32,000 nucleotides of DNA. Source: Candidatus Saccharimonadota bacterium (GTDB lineage: Bacteria > Pseudomonadota > Gammaproteobacteria > Enterobacterales > Enterobacteriaceae). The stretch lies in NCBI RefSeq assembly GCF_039383305.1, contig NZ_CP135009.1, positions 210,001 to 242,000 on the forward strand, written 5' to 3'. The first letter of the stretch is position 1, and each line of letters begins with the position of its first letter. The translations under genes and the position numbers were made by a program. The notes below the pieces were generated by a model. It worked only from the letters and a program-made list of their open reading frames with translations, made no database searches and was not told where the DNA came from. Of this stretch, positions 7,321-16,417 are shown one piece after another.

Positions 7321-10131
7321 ATGAAAAAAAATAATATTTTTCAAGAAAATTGGTTATATAGTGATAATCAAAATTTTTTAGAATCATTATATAATTTATT
7401 TTTTATTAATTCTAATAATATTCATCAATATATAGATAAAAATTTTGAAAAAAAAATTTTTGAATTATTAAATTCAACTTCTTTTTTTTCTCAATCTGAA
7501 AATGCTAAAAAATTTCTTACTTCTTCAATTTTTAAAAAAAAAAATGAAAATTTTATAAAATATCCTAAAAAAAAAATTATTTCAGAAAATTTTTTGAAAT
7601 TTTTTGAGAATATAAAAAAATACGGTCATTATCATTCTAATCTCAATCCTTTAGATATTAAAACAAAAAATACTATTCCTGAATTAAATTTGTCTTATTA
7701 CAAATTATATAAAAAAGATTTAAAAATTTTAATTTCAGAAAATTTTTTACATTTTAAAAAAAAAAAAAATACTTTTCAAGATATATATTATTTTTTTAAA
7801 AAAAAATATTGTAAAAATATTGGTTATGAATTTAAACATTTAAAAGATAAAAAAGAAATTATTTGGTTAGAAAAATACATTGAAGAAAAATTTTTAAAAT
7901 ATTCTTTTAACAAATCAGAAAAAAAAAAAATATTAAAAAATTTAATATTTGCTGAAACATTTGAAAAATTTATTCATCAAAAATTTCCTGGTAGTAAAAG
8001 ATTTTCTTTAGAAGGATGTGAAATTTTAATTCCTTTATTAAAAAAAATTTTTAAAGATTCTTTTAAGTATAATATTCAAAAAATATTTTTAGGTATGACA
8101 CATCGTGGCCGATTAAACGTAATGCATAATATTTTTAAAGAAAATTTAACAAATATTTTTAAAAAATTTTTTGGAAATTTAGAAAATACTGAAATTACAG
8201 GTGATGTAAAATATCATTTAGGAATAAAAAAAAAAATTTTTAATCAATGTTCTAATATTGAATTATTTTTGTTACCTAATCCTTCTCATTTAGAAATTAT
8301 TACTCCTGTGGTGTTAGGAAGTTGTAGAGCAGCTATTAATTTTTTAAATTTAAAAAATAATAATAATACTGTATTACCAATTATTATTCATGGAGATTCT
8401 GCTTTTACAGGTCAAGGTGTAGTACAAGAAACTTTAAACATGTCTCAAGTATTAGGGTATACTGTTTCTGGAAGTATACATATTATCATTAATAATCAAA
8501 TTGGGTTTACGACTTCTAATATCAATTTATTACGATCAAGTTTTTATTGTACAGATATAGCTAAAATGATTGATTCTCCTATTTTTCACGTTAATGCAAA
8601 TGATCCTAAATCAGTAATTTTTGTAATTACATTAGCATTAAAATTTCGTATGATTTTTAAAAAAGATGTTTTTATTGATTTAGTATGTTATCGTCGTTTA
8701 GGGCATAATGAAGCAGAAGATCCTAATGTTACACAACCATTAATGTATTCTCAAATTAAAAAATTAAAATCTATAATGGAAATTTGGAAAAAAAAATTAA
8801 TTTTTGAAAATATTAAATATGAAATACACTTTAAAAAATTTTTAAATGATTATAAAAAAAAATTAAATCAAGCTTTTTTAGAAGCTCAATCTAAAAATAA
8901 TAATAAAAATTTAGAAATATATAATATGATACAAAAAAAAAAAAAAAAATCATATAGATTTTCTAAAATATCATTCCAAAAATTAGGATTAAAAATTTTT
9001 ACTATTCCTAAAGATTTTATATTGCATCCTCAAGTAAAAAAAATTTTTTTACAACGTATTTCTATGATTTACGAAAAAAACAAATTTGATTGGGGAGCAG
9101 CAGAAAATTTAGCATATGCAACATTATTAAAATTAGGAATTTCCTGTAGAATTACAGGGCAAGATGTAAGTCGAGGAACCTTTTCACATCGTCATGCTTT
9201 ATTACATTGCCAAAAAAATAATACAATATATATTCCTTTAAAGAATAATTTAAAATCTTCTGTATTTTTTGAAATTTGGGATTCTGTTTTATCAGAAGAA
9301 GCAGCTTTAGCATTTGAATATGGATATTCTATACAACCTTATAAATTTTTAACTGTTTGGGAAGCTCAATTTGGAGATTTTTGTAATGGAGCTCAAATTG
9401 TAATAGATCAATTTATTGCTTCAGGATTTCAAAAATGGGGAAACGAATCTTCATTAATTTTATTGTTACCACATGGATATGATGGACAAGGGCCTGAGCA
9501 TTCTTCGGCACGTATTGAACGTTTTTTACAATTATGTGCTCAAAAAAATATGAAAATTTGTATTCCAACGACTGCTTCTCAAATGTATCATTTATTATGT
9601 GAATATGGAATTAGTAATTCTAAAAGACCATTAATTATTTTTACACCCAAATCTCTATTAAGAAATTATTATACTTTCTCTACATTAGAAGATTTTTTAA
9701 AAAAAAAATTTTCTAAAATTTTATATAAAAAATTTCTTTATAAAAATATTTTGATTACAAGAATTATTTTTTGTGCTGGAAAAATTTATTATGAATTAAA
9801 AAAAAAACATTTATCTTTAAAATTTACAAATATTTTATTAATACGTTTAGAGCAACTTTATCCTTTTCCAACAAAAAAAATTAAAAAAATCTTAAAGAAA
9901 TGTACTTCTTTAAAAGAATGTATTTGGTGTCAAGAGGAACCTGAAAATCAAGGTTGTTGGACATATTTTTTTTATTCTTTTCATAAATATTTACATTTTT
10001 TTTTAAAAAAAATTGTTTTATATTATATAGGACGTTCAAAATTTGCTTCTACTTCGGAAGGCTCTTATAATTTACATTTAATTAAACAAAAAAAAATTAT
10101 AGAAAAAGCTTTTGCAACAATTTTGAAATAG
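7321..10131 (+). CDS. sucA: 2-oxoglutarate dehydrogenase E1 component
   Basis: 936 aa, collinear with E. coli SucA (FPGSKRFSLEG, HRGRLNV, GDVKYH, GQGVVQETLN, CYRRLGHNE, PHGYDGQGPEHSSAR, WCQEEP-NQG). Confidence 0.97.
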   Translation: MKKNNIFQENWLYSDNQNFLESLYNLFFINSNNIHQYIDKNFEKKIFELLNSTSFFSQSENAKKFLTSSIFKKKNENFIKYPKKKIISENFLKFFENIKKYGHYHSNLNPLDIKTKNTIPELNLSYYKLYKKDLKILISENFLHFKKKKNTFQDIYYFFKKKYCKNIGYEFKHLKDKKEIIWLEKYIEEKFLKYSFNKSEKKKILKNLIFAETFEKFIHQKFPGSKRFSLEGCEILIPLLKKIFKDSFKYNIQKIFLGMTHRGRLNVMHNIFKENLTNIFKKFFGNLENTEITGDVKYHLGIKKKIFNQCSNIELFLLPNPSHLEIITPVVLGSCRAAINFLNLKNNNNTVLPIIIHGDSAFTGQGVVQETLNMSQVLGYTVSGSIHIIINNQIGFTTSNINLLRSSFYCTDIAKMIDSPIFHVNANDPKSVIFVITLALKFRMIFKKDVFIDLVCYRRLGHNEAEDPNVTQPLMYSQIKKLKSIMEIWKKKLIFENIKYEIHFKKFLNDYKKKLNQAFLEAQSKNNNKNLEIYNMIQKKKKKSYRFSKISFQKLGLKIFTIPKDFILHPQVKKIFLQRISMIYEKNKFDWGAAENLAYATLLKLGISCRITGQDVSRGTFSHRHALLHCQKNNTIYIPLKNNLKSSVFFEIWDSVLSEEAALAFEYGYSIQPYKFLTVWEAQFGDFCNGAQIVIDQFIASGFQKWGNESSLILLLPHGYDGQGPEHSSARIERFLQLCAQKNMKICIPTTASQMYHLLCEYGISNSKRPLIIFTPKSLLRNYYTFSTLEDFLKKKFSKILYKKFLYKNILITRIIFCAGKIYYELKKKHLSLKFTNILLIRLEQLYPFPTKKIKKILKKCTSLKECIWCQEEPENQGCWTYFFYSFHKYLHFFLKKIVLYYIGRSKFASTSEGSYNLHLIKQKKIIEKAFATILK

Positions 10132-10141
10132 GATAAATTTT

Positions 10142-11383
10142 ATGAAAAATATACAATTTTTAGCTCCTGAATTACCAGAATCTGTTAGTACAGCTATTAT
10201 TTTAAAGTGGAATAAAAAATGTGGAGAAAAAGTTAAAATAGATGAAATTTTAGTTGAAATTGAAACTGATAAAATTATTTTAGAAGTAGTAGCTCCAGTT
10301 TCAGGAATATTAATAAAAAAATTTTTTTCTCAAGGAGATGTAATACAATCTAAAATAATTTTAGGTATAATACAGAAATTTCCTAAATCTATTGCTAAAA
10401 ATGAAGATAATTTTTTAAATTTTTCTCATAAAAAAATTAAAAGAAAAAAAAATATAAAAAAAAATAAATTAATTTCTTCTTTGCATTTATCTCCTTTTCA
10501 AAGACGTTTACAAAAAATTGAATTATTTTCTGAGGAAAATAACAAAAATGATAATATTAATTTTAAAGAAAAAAATGAAAATACACAATCTTTTAAAATA
10601 AATAATAAGAGTCATATTCCTATAAAAAAAATAAATATTTTAGAAAATAATAAAAATGATAATATATTTAAAAAATCAGAAAAAAAAAATATTAAAAAAA
10701 TTTCAATGAGCCCTATTCGTCAAAAAATTGCAGAAAGATTATTATTTACTCAAAAAAATACTGTTATGTTAACTACATTTAATGAGGTTAATATGACATC
10801 TATTATTAAAATACGTACTGAATATTTTAAATTTTTTAAAAAAAAATATAATATTCGTTTAGGTTATATGTCGTTTTTTGTTCAAGCTGTAACAGAAGCA
10901 TTAAAAAAATTTCCTATTATAAATTCATCGAAAGAAGACAATAATATTATTTATTATAAATTTTATAATATTAGTATTGCTGTATCTACATCTAGAGGTC
11001 TTTTAACACCAGTTTTAAAAAATACTCAAAATATGAATATGGTAGATATTGAGAAAAAAATTAAATATTTTTCAAAAATTGGAGAAAAAGGAACATTAAA
11101 ATTAGAAGATTTACAAAATGGAACTTTTACTATTACAAATGGAGGAATTTTTGGTTCTCTATTATCAACTCCAATTATTAATCCTCCTCAATCTGCTATT
11201 TTAGGGATGCATAATATTTTAAAACGACCTATTGTATTACAAGATCAAATTTTAATTCAACCTATGATGTATTTATCTTTAACATATGATCATCAAATAA
11301 TTGATGGGCAACAAGCAATACAATTTTTAAAATATGTCATTGAAATTTTAGAAAATTTTTCAAGAATTAATTTAAATATATAG
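10142..11383 (+). CDS. sucB: 2-oxoglutarate dehydrogenase E2 (dihydrolipoyllysine succinyltransferase)
   Basis: 413 aa. Lipoyl domain with VEIETDKI (lipoyl-Lys) and a catalytic domain ending in LTYDHQIIDG. The AGGA Shine-Dalgarno overlaps the sucA stop, 10-nt spacer. Confidence 0.95.
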   Translation: MKNIQFLAPELPESVSTAIILKWNKKCGEKVKIDEILVEIETDKIILEVVAPVSGILIKKFFSQGDVIQSKIILGIIQKFPKSIAKNEDNFLNFSHKKIKRKKNIKKNKLISSLHLSPFQRRLQKIELFSEENNKNDNINFKEKNENTQSFKINNKSHIPIKKINILENNKNDNIFKKSEKKNIKKISMSPIRQKIAERLLFTQKNTVMLTTFNEVNMTSIIKIRTEYFKFFKKKYNIRLGYMSFFVQAVTEALKKFPIINSSKEDNNIIYYKFYNISIAVSTSRGLLTPVLKNTQNMNMVDIEKKIKYFSKIGEKGTLKLEDLQNGTFTITNGGIFGSLLSTPIINPPQSAILGMHNILKRPIVLQDQILIQPMMYLSLTYDHQIIDGQQAIQFLKYVIEILENFSRINLNI

Positions 11384-11491
11384 TTTTTTATAAAATTTTT
11401 TTTTAATGTATTAGAAAAATTTTTTATGTATAGTATTTTCGTATAATATAAAATTATAGAATTATTTTTTATAAAAGGAAAAAAAAAAAAA

Positions 11492-12184
11492 ATGAAAAAA
11501 AACATAATAGTTTTAATTCGACATGGAGAAAGTAAATGGAATCAATTGAATCAATTTACTGGTTGGCAAGATGTAGACTTATCTAAAAATGGTAAAAAAG
11601 AAGCATATTTAGCTGCACAAAAAATTTTTCAAAAAAAAATTTTTTTTGAAATTTCTTATACTTCAGTATTAAAACGAGCTATTCATACTTTATGGATTAT
11701 TTTAAAATATCTTAATCAATCATGGATTCCTATTCAAAATCATTGGAAACTTAATGAAAGGAATTATGGTGCATTAGAAGGATTAAATAAAGAAAATATA
11801 TTAAAAAAATATGGTGATAAGCAAATACAGTTATGGAGAAGAAGTTTTAAAAGTTTACCTCCTAAATTAACGCAAGAAGATTTACGTTATCCAGGATATG
11901 ATAAAAAGTATTTTTTTTTAAAAAAAAAACAATTACCTTTGTCAGAAAGTTTAGAAATGACTTTAAAAAGAGTACAGCAATGTTGGAAAGATTTTATTTT
12001 TCCTGAATTAAAAAAAAAAAAAAATATTTTAATAGTAGCTCATGGAAATTCTTTAAGAGCTTTAATAAAATATTTAAATAATATGACTGATGTTGAAATT
12101 TTAAATTTTGAGATTCCAACAGGAAAACCTATTATATATGAATTTTCAAATAATTTTATTCCTTTAAAATATTCTTACCTTTAA
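11492..12184 (+). CDS. gpmA: 2,3-bisphosphoglycerate-dependent phosphoglycerate mutase
   Basis: 230 aa. LIRHGESKWN catalytic motif, ERNYGAL, VAHGNSLRAL. Preceded by AAGGA followed by an A-run. Confidence 0.95.
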   Translation: MKKNIIVLIRHGESKWNQLNQFTGWQDVDLSKNGKKEAYLAAQKIFQKKIFFEISYTSVLKRAIHTLWIILKYLNQSWIPIQNHWKLNERNYGALEGLNKENILKKYGDKQIQLWRRSFKSLPPKLTQEDLRYPGYDKKYFFLKKKQLPLSESLEMTLKRVQQCWKDFIFPELKKKKNILIVAHGNSLRALIKYLNNMTDVEILNFEIPTGKPIIYEFSNNFIPLKYSYL

Positions 12185-12271
12185 TTATTTTTATTTTTTC
12201 TAAATTTTTTAAAATTTTTTTTTTAAAAATAGAAAATTTAATATTTTAAATTATGGAAATATATTTTTATT

Positions 12272-13180
12272 ATGTTTAAAAAAATTGGTATTTTAACTAG
12301 TGGAGGTGATTCTCCGGGTATGAATGCAGTAATTAGAACTGTTGTACATACTTCTATTTTAAAAAAAATCGAAATAATTGGTATTTATAATGGATATGCA
12401 GGATTATTAAAAAATAATTTTATTATTTTGAACAAAAAAATTGTAACAAGAATTATGACACAAGGAGGAACTATTTTAGGTTCTTCTCGATTTCCTGAAT
12501 TTAAAAAAAAAAAAATTCGTATAAAAGCATTAAAGAATATAAAAAAAAAAAAAATAGAAGCATTAATAATAATTGGAGGTAATGGATCATATAAAGGTAT
12601 AAAATATTTGACCGAAATGGGTCTTCCTTGTTTAGGTATTCCTGGAACTATAGATAATGATGTAATAGGCACTGACTATACGATTGGATATCATACAGCA
12701 TTACAAAATATTGTAGATGCTATAGATAAAATAAAAGATACAGCATATTCTCATCAAAGAATTATGATAATTGAAGTTATGGGACGTTATTGTGGGGATT
12801 TAGCTGTATCTGCGTCTATTGCATGTAATTGCGATTTTGTAATTCTACCTACCATTAATTTTAAAAAAAAAAAATTATTAAAAAAAATTTTAAAAAATTT
12901 AAAAAATGGTCAAAAAAGTTTTATTATAATTATTACGGAATATATTTGTAATATTTCATTATTAGCTCAATATATTCAAATTAATACTAATAAAGAAACT
13001 AGAGCAGTTATATTGGGGCATATACAAAGAGGAGGAATTCCTATTGCATATGATCGTATTTTAGCCGCACGTATGGCAATTTATGCTATGAAAATTTTAT
13101 TTCAAGGAATATCAGGTGTTTGTATAGGGATTAAAAATAATCAAATTATACATCAAAATATTAAAGATTTTATAAAATAA
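12272..13180 (+). CDS. pfkA: ATP-dependent 6-phosphofructokinase
   Basis: 302 aa. GILTSGGDSPGMNA, GGNGSY, PGTIDND, MGRYCGDLA, LGHIQRGG. Confidence 0.96.
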   Translation: MFKKIGILTSGGDSPGMNAVIRTVVHTSILKKIEIIGIYNGYAGLLKNNFIILNKKIVTRIMTQGGTILGSSRFPEFKKKKIRIKALKNIKKKKIEALIIIGGNGSYKGIKYLTEMGLPCLGIPGTIDNDVIGTDYTIGYHTALQNIVDAIDKIKDTAYSHQRIMIIEVMGRYCGDLAVSASIACNCDFVILPTINFKKKKLLKKILKNLKNGQKSFIIIITEYICNISLLAQYIQINTNKETRAVILGHIQRGGIPIAYDRILAARMAIYAMKILFQGISGVCIGIKNNQIIHQNIKDFIK

Positions 13181-13281
13181 AAAATTATAATTATTTTTAA
13201 AATTATTTTTTATAAAATTTTTTTATATTTATTATTTAAATATTTTTAATTTTTTTTAAAAAAAATATTATTAATAATTAA

Positions 13282-13327
13282 AATATTATTTTTCTTCTAA
13301 AAAATTTTTTAGAAGAGAAATAATATT
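13282..13327. terminator. 46-nt near-perfect palindrome, putative bidirectional terminator between convergent pfkA and tpiA
   Basis: 23-nt arms centred on AAAAAA|TTTTTT (13299-13310). Hand pairing of 13282-13304 against 13305-13327 gives 22 Watson-Crick pairs plus one G.U. Confidence 0.55.
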
Positions 13328-13404
13328 AGAATTTTCTTTAAATTTTTATAAATATAAAAATAAAAAACTTTTTTCAAAATTTTATTTTATTTTATTTAAA
13401 TTTT

Positions 13405-14169
13405 TTACATATTAGAAATTTCAATAATTTTTATAAATTCTTCTAATTGTAATGATGCTCCTCCAATTAAAAATCCATCAATATCTTTTTGATATATTAA
13501 AGTTTTTGCATTATTTTTTGTAACAGAACCTCCATATTGTATAAAGAAATTCTTTAAAACTTGATTTGATTTACTTTTAATATAATTTCTTATAAAATGA
13601 CAAATAATTTGTACTTCCTTAGGGGATGCTGAATGATTAGAACCAATAGCCCAAATAGGTTCATAAGCAATAATTGTATTATTAAAAGCGCTTTCACCGC
13701 ATAATTTAAAAATTATGTCAATTTGTTTTTTACAAACTTCTTTAGTTTGATTTAAAATTTTTTCTTTTTTTGTTTCTCCAATACATAAAATAGGTATTAA
13801 ATTTTCTTCTTTTAAAATTTTAAATTTTTTTGCAATAATTTCATTATTTTCTTGATGATATAGTCGTCTTTCAGAATGCCCTACTATTACATATGAAATC
13901 CCTATATCTTTTAACATAATTGGAGAAATTTCTCCTGTAAAAGGTCCTGAAAAATGAATATCTACATTTTGAGCACCTAAAAAAAAATTTTGTTGATTAT
14001 CTAATAATGTTTGTTGTATAAAATTAGCATATAAAATAGGAGGAGAAATAATTACAGTACAAATATTATAATATTTAATTAAAAATTGGTTTAATGTATG
14101 TAAAATATTTTGAATAAATTTTTTACTACCATTTAATTTCCAATTTCCCATAATTATGGGTTTAATCAT
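13405..14169 (-). CDS. tpiA: Triosephosphate isomerase
   Basis: 254 aa. MGNWKLNG, VGHSERR, AYEPIWAIG, YGGS. Confidence 0.96.
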   Translation of the reverse strand: MIKPIIMGNWKLNGSKKFIQNILHTLNQFLIKYYNICTVIISPPILYANFIQQTLLDNQQNFFLGAQNVDIHFSGPFTGEISPIMLKDIGISYVIVGHSERRLYHQENNEIIAKKFKILKEENLIPILCIGETKKEKILNQTKEVCKKQIDIIFKLCGESAFNNTIIAYEPIWAIGSNHSASPKEVQIICHFIRNYIKSKSNQVLKNFFIQYGGSVTKNNAKTLIYQKDIDGFLIGGASLQLEEFIKIIEISNM

Positions 14170-14232
14170 TTTTTTAAAATTCCTTATATAATGTTTCTTA
14201 AAAAAAATTTTTAAAACATAAAAAACAAAAAA

Positions 14233-14529
14233 TTATTTCATTTTTTGATATGCAATATTAATACGTTCACGTAATTGTTTTCCTGGTTTAAAATGAGGTA
14301 CATATTTTCCTTTTAAATTAACTTTTTCCCCAGTTTTAGGATTTCTTCCGATACGCGCATATCGATAATGTAAAGAAAAACTCCCAAAACCTCTAATTTC
14401 AATTCTTTTTCCAGTTTCTAAAGATTGAGACATATATTCTAAAATATTTTTTACAATTTTTTCAATATTTTTAGATAAAATATATGTTTTTTGTATTGAT
14501 ATACGTTCAAATAATTCAGACTTTGTCAT
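14233..14529 (-). CDS. ihfB: Integration host factor beta subunit
   Basis: [10 protein letters not shown]... RGFGSF...R.GRNPKTGE matches IhfB/HimD. I place the start at ATG 14529; the ORF-track start at 14544 is a TTG that adds 5 residues not present in E. coli IhfB. Confidence 0.88.
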   Translation of the reverse strand: MTKSELFERISIQKTYILSKNIEKIVKNILEYMSQSLETGKRIEIRGFGSFSLHYRYARIGRNPKTGEKVNLKGKYVPHFKPGKQLRERINIAYQKMK

Positions 14530-14574
14530 TATAAAATTTTCCAATTTATAAAAAATATATTTTTTTTAAAAAAA

Positions 14575-16251
14575 TTATTCTGTATTATGAGCTTCTTTAA
14601 ATGCTATAGTCATAACGTTTGAAACATCATTTTTAGAATTATTTGTAATATTTTTTAAAACTTTTTCTTTAATAATTTTATTTTTTTTTAAAAGTAAAGA
14701 TAAATGAATAATTCTATTTTTTCGATCAAATCCTATAAGTTTAGTTTGAATAGTATCTCCAATTTTATATTTTTCTTGTTTATTTAAAATTAAAAAAGCT
14801 GACATATCTAAAATTTTTATATGTCCTTCAAGATTTTTTTCTAAATTAATTATTATAATTTTTTCTGTAATTTTTAAAATAATTCCATTAATAATTGTAT
14901 TTTTTTTATTTTTTAATAAAAAAATATTAAATGGATCTTCTTTTAATTGTTTAATACCTAAAGAAATTCTTTCTCTTTCAGAATCGACTTGTAGAACAAT
15001 AGCATAAATTTCATCACCTTTTTTATATTTTTTAATAATAGAATCATTAATTTTTCCCCAAGAAATATCTGATAAATGTACTAGACCATCGATTCCACCT
15101 TCTAATCCTATAAAAATTCCAAAATCTGTAATAGATTTAATTCTTCCGGAAACTTTGTGTCCTTTTTTATATTTTTCTGAAAATTCTTTCCAAGGATTTT
15201 TTTTGCATTGCTTAATTCCTAAAGAGATTCTTCGTCTTTCTTCATCAATATCTAATACTGTTACTTGTACTTTTTCTTGGGTTTTCACTACTTTAGAAGG
15301 ATGAATATTTTTATTAGTCCAATCCATTTCAGAAACATGTACTAACCCTTCAACTCCTTCTTCTAATTCTACAAAACAACCGTAATCAGTTAAATTTGTT
15401 ACTTTTCCATTTACTTTTAATCCTAAAGGATATTTTTTTGAAAGATTAATCCAAGGATCAATACCTAATTGTTTTAATCCTAAAGAAACACGTGTTTTTT
15501 CTTTATCAAATTTTAATACTTTAATTTGAATATCATCACCTATATTTACAATTTCACTAGGATGTTTAACGCGTTTCCAAGCCATATCTGTAATATGTAA
15601 TAAACCATCAACACCACCTAAGTCAATAAATGCGCCATAATCAGTTAAATTTTTTACAATACCTTTAATAATCATACCTTCTTGTAAATTTTTTAATAGC
15701 TCTAAACGTTCTATACTATTTTCGCATTCTATAACAGCACGTCTTGAGACTACTACATTATTTCTTTTTTGATCTAATTTAATAACTCGAAATTCTAATT
15801 CTTTACCTTCTAAATGATGAGTTTCTCTTATAGGACGAATATCTACTAAAGAACCAGGTAAAAAAGCTCTAATATCATTTAATTCAACTGTAAAACCTCC
15901 TTTGACTTTTCCATTAATCACACCTAATACTATAGATTTTTTTTCATATGCATCTTCTAAACATAACCATGATTCGTGTCTTTTAGCTTTATCTCGAGAT
16001 AATGCTGTTTCCCCGAAACCATCTTCAATAGCATCTAAAGAAACATCTACAACATCTCCAATTTTAATTTCTAAGTGACCTTGAGTATTTTTAAATTGTT
16101 CAATAGGAATCCAAGATTCTGATTTTAAACCAGCGTCGACTAAAACAGTATCTTTTTCTATAGATAAAATTACTCCAGGAATAATAGAACCAGGACGAGT
16201 TTGAATATTTTTTAAAGATTTCTTAAATAATTGATCAAAAGAAAGTGTCAT
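14575..16251 (-). CDS. rpsA: 30S ribosomal protein S1
   Basis: 558 aa. Six S1 repeats ([35 protein letters not shown] and others), the same length class as E. coli S1. Confidence 0.97.
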   Translation of the reverse strand: MTLSFDQLFKKSLKNIQTRPGSIIPGVILSIEKDTVLVDAGLKSESWIPIEQFKNTQGHLEIKIGDVVDVSLDAIEDGFGETALSRDKAKRHESWLCLEDAYEKKSIVLGVINGKVKGGFTVELNDIRAFLPGSLVDIRPIRETHHLEGKELEFRVIKLDQKRNNVVVSRRAVIECENSIERLELLKNLQEGMIIKGIVKNLTDYGAFIDLGGVDGLLHITDMAWKRVKHPSEIVNIGDDIQIKVLKFDKEKTRVSLGLKQLGIDPWINLSKKYPLGLKVNGKVTNLTDYGCFVELEEGVEGLVHVSEMDWTNKNIHPSKVVKTQEKVQVTVLDIDEERRRISLGIKQCKKNPWKEFSEKYKKGHKVSGRIKSITDFGIFIGLEGGIDGLVHLSDISWGKINDSIIKKYKKGDEIYAIVLQVDSERERISLGIKQLKEDPFNIFLLKNKKNTIINGIILKITEKIIIINLEKNLEGHIKILDMSAFLILNKQEKYKIGDTIQTKLIGFDRKNRIIHLSLLLKKNKIIKEKVLKNITNNSKNDVSNVMTIAFKEAHNTE

Positions 16252-16321
16252 AATATATACTTTTAAATTTTTTAATATTTTTCTAAATAATATCCATATT
16301 ATTTTAGAGGATGAAATAATG

Positions 16322-16342
16322 TTATAAGAATCCTTCTTATAA
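16322..16342 (-). terminator. Short hairpin in the aroA-rpsA spacer (possible aroA terminator or rpsA leader element)
   Basis: TTATAAGAA-TCC-TTCTTATAA is a perfect 9-bp stem with a 3-nt loop. There is no clear U-tract on the minus strand. Confidence 0.3.
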
Positions 16343-16417
16343 AAATTTTTCTAAAATTTTTGAAATAATAATAGATTAACATATTAAAAAATGAATTTTA
16401 AATTTTTTTATTTTTTT

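Noticed and set aside
11293-11505. 70-aa ORF on the minus strand overlapping the sucB 3' end and the gpmA start
   Set aside because: It is a low-complexity F/I/K-rich translation, antisense to a well-supported gene and its spacer. It has no recognisable motif, which is typical of a shadow ORF in A/T-rich DNA.
12385-12672. 95-aa ORF antisense within pfkA
   Set aside because: It is wholly contained in the strongly supported pfkA frame. Its sequence is the complement of conserved pfkA codons, with no independent signal.
14185-14225. Possible ihfB terminator hairpin (ATGTTT...AAACAT) in the 63-nt ihfB-tpiA spacer
   Set aside because: Only 6 bp pair cleanly, with a single G-C. This cannot be distinguished from chance in this base composition.
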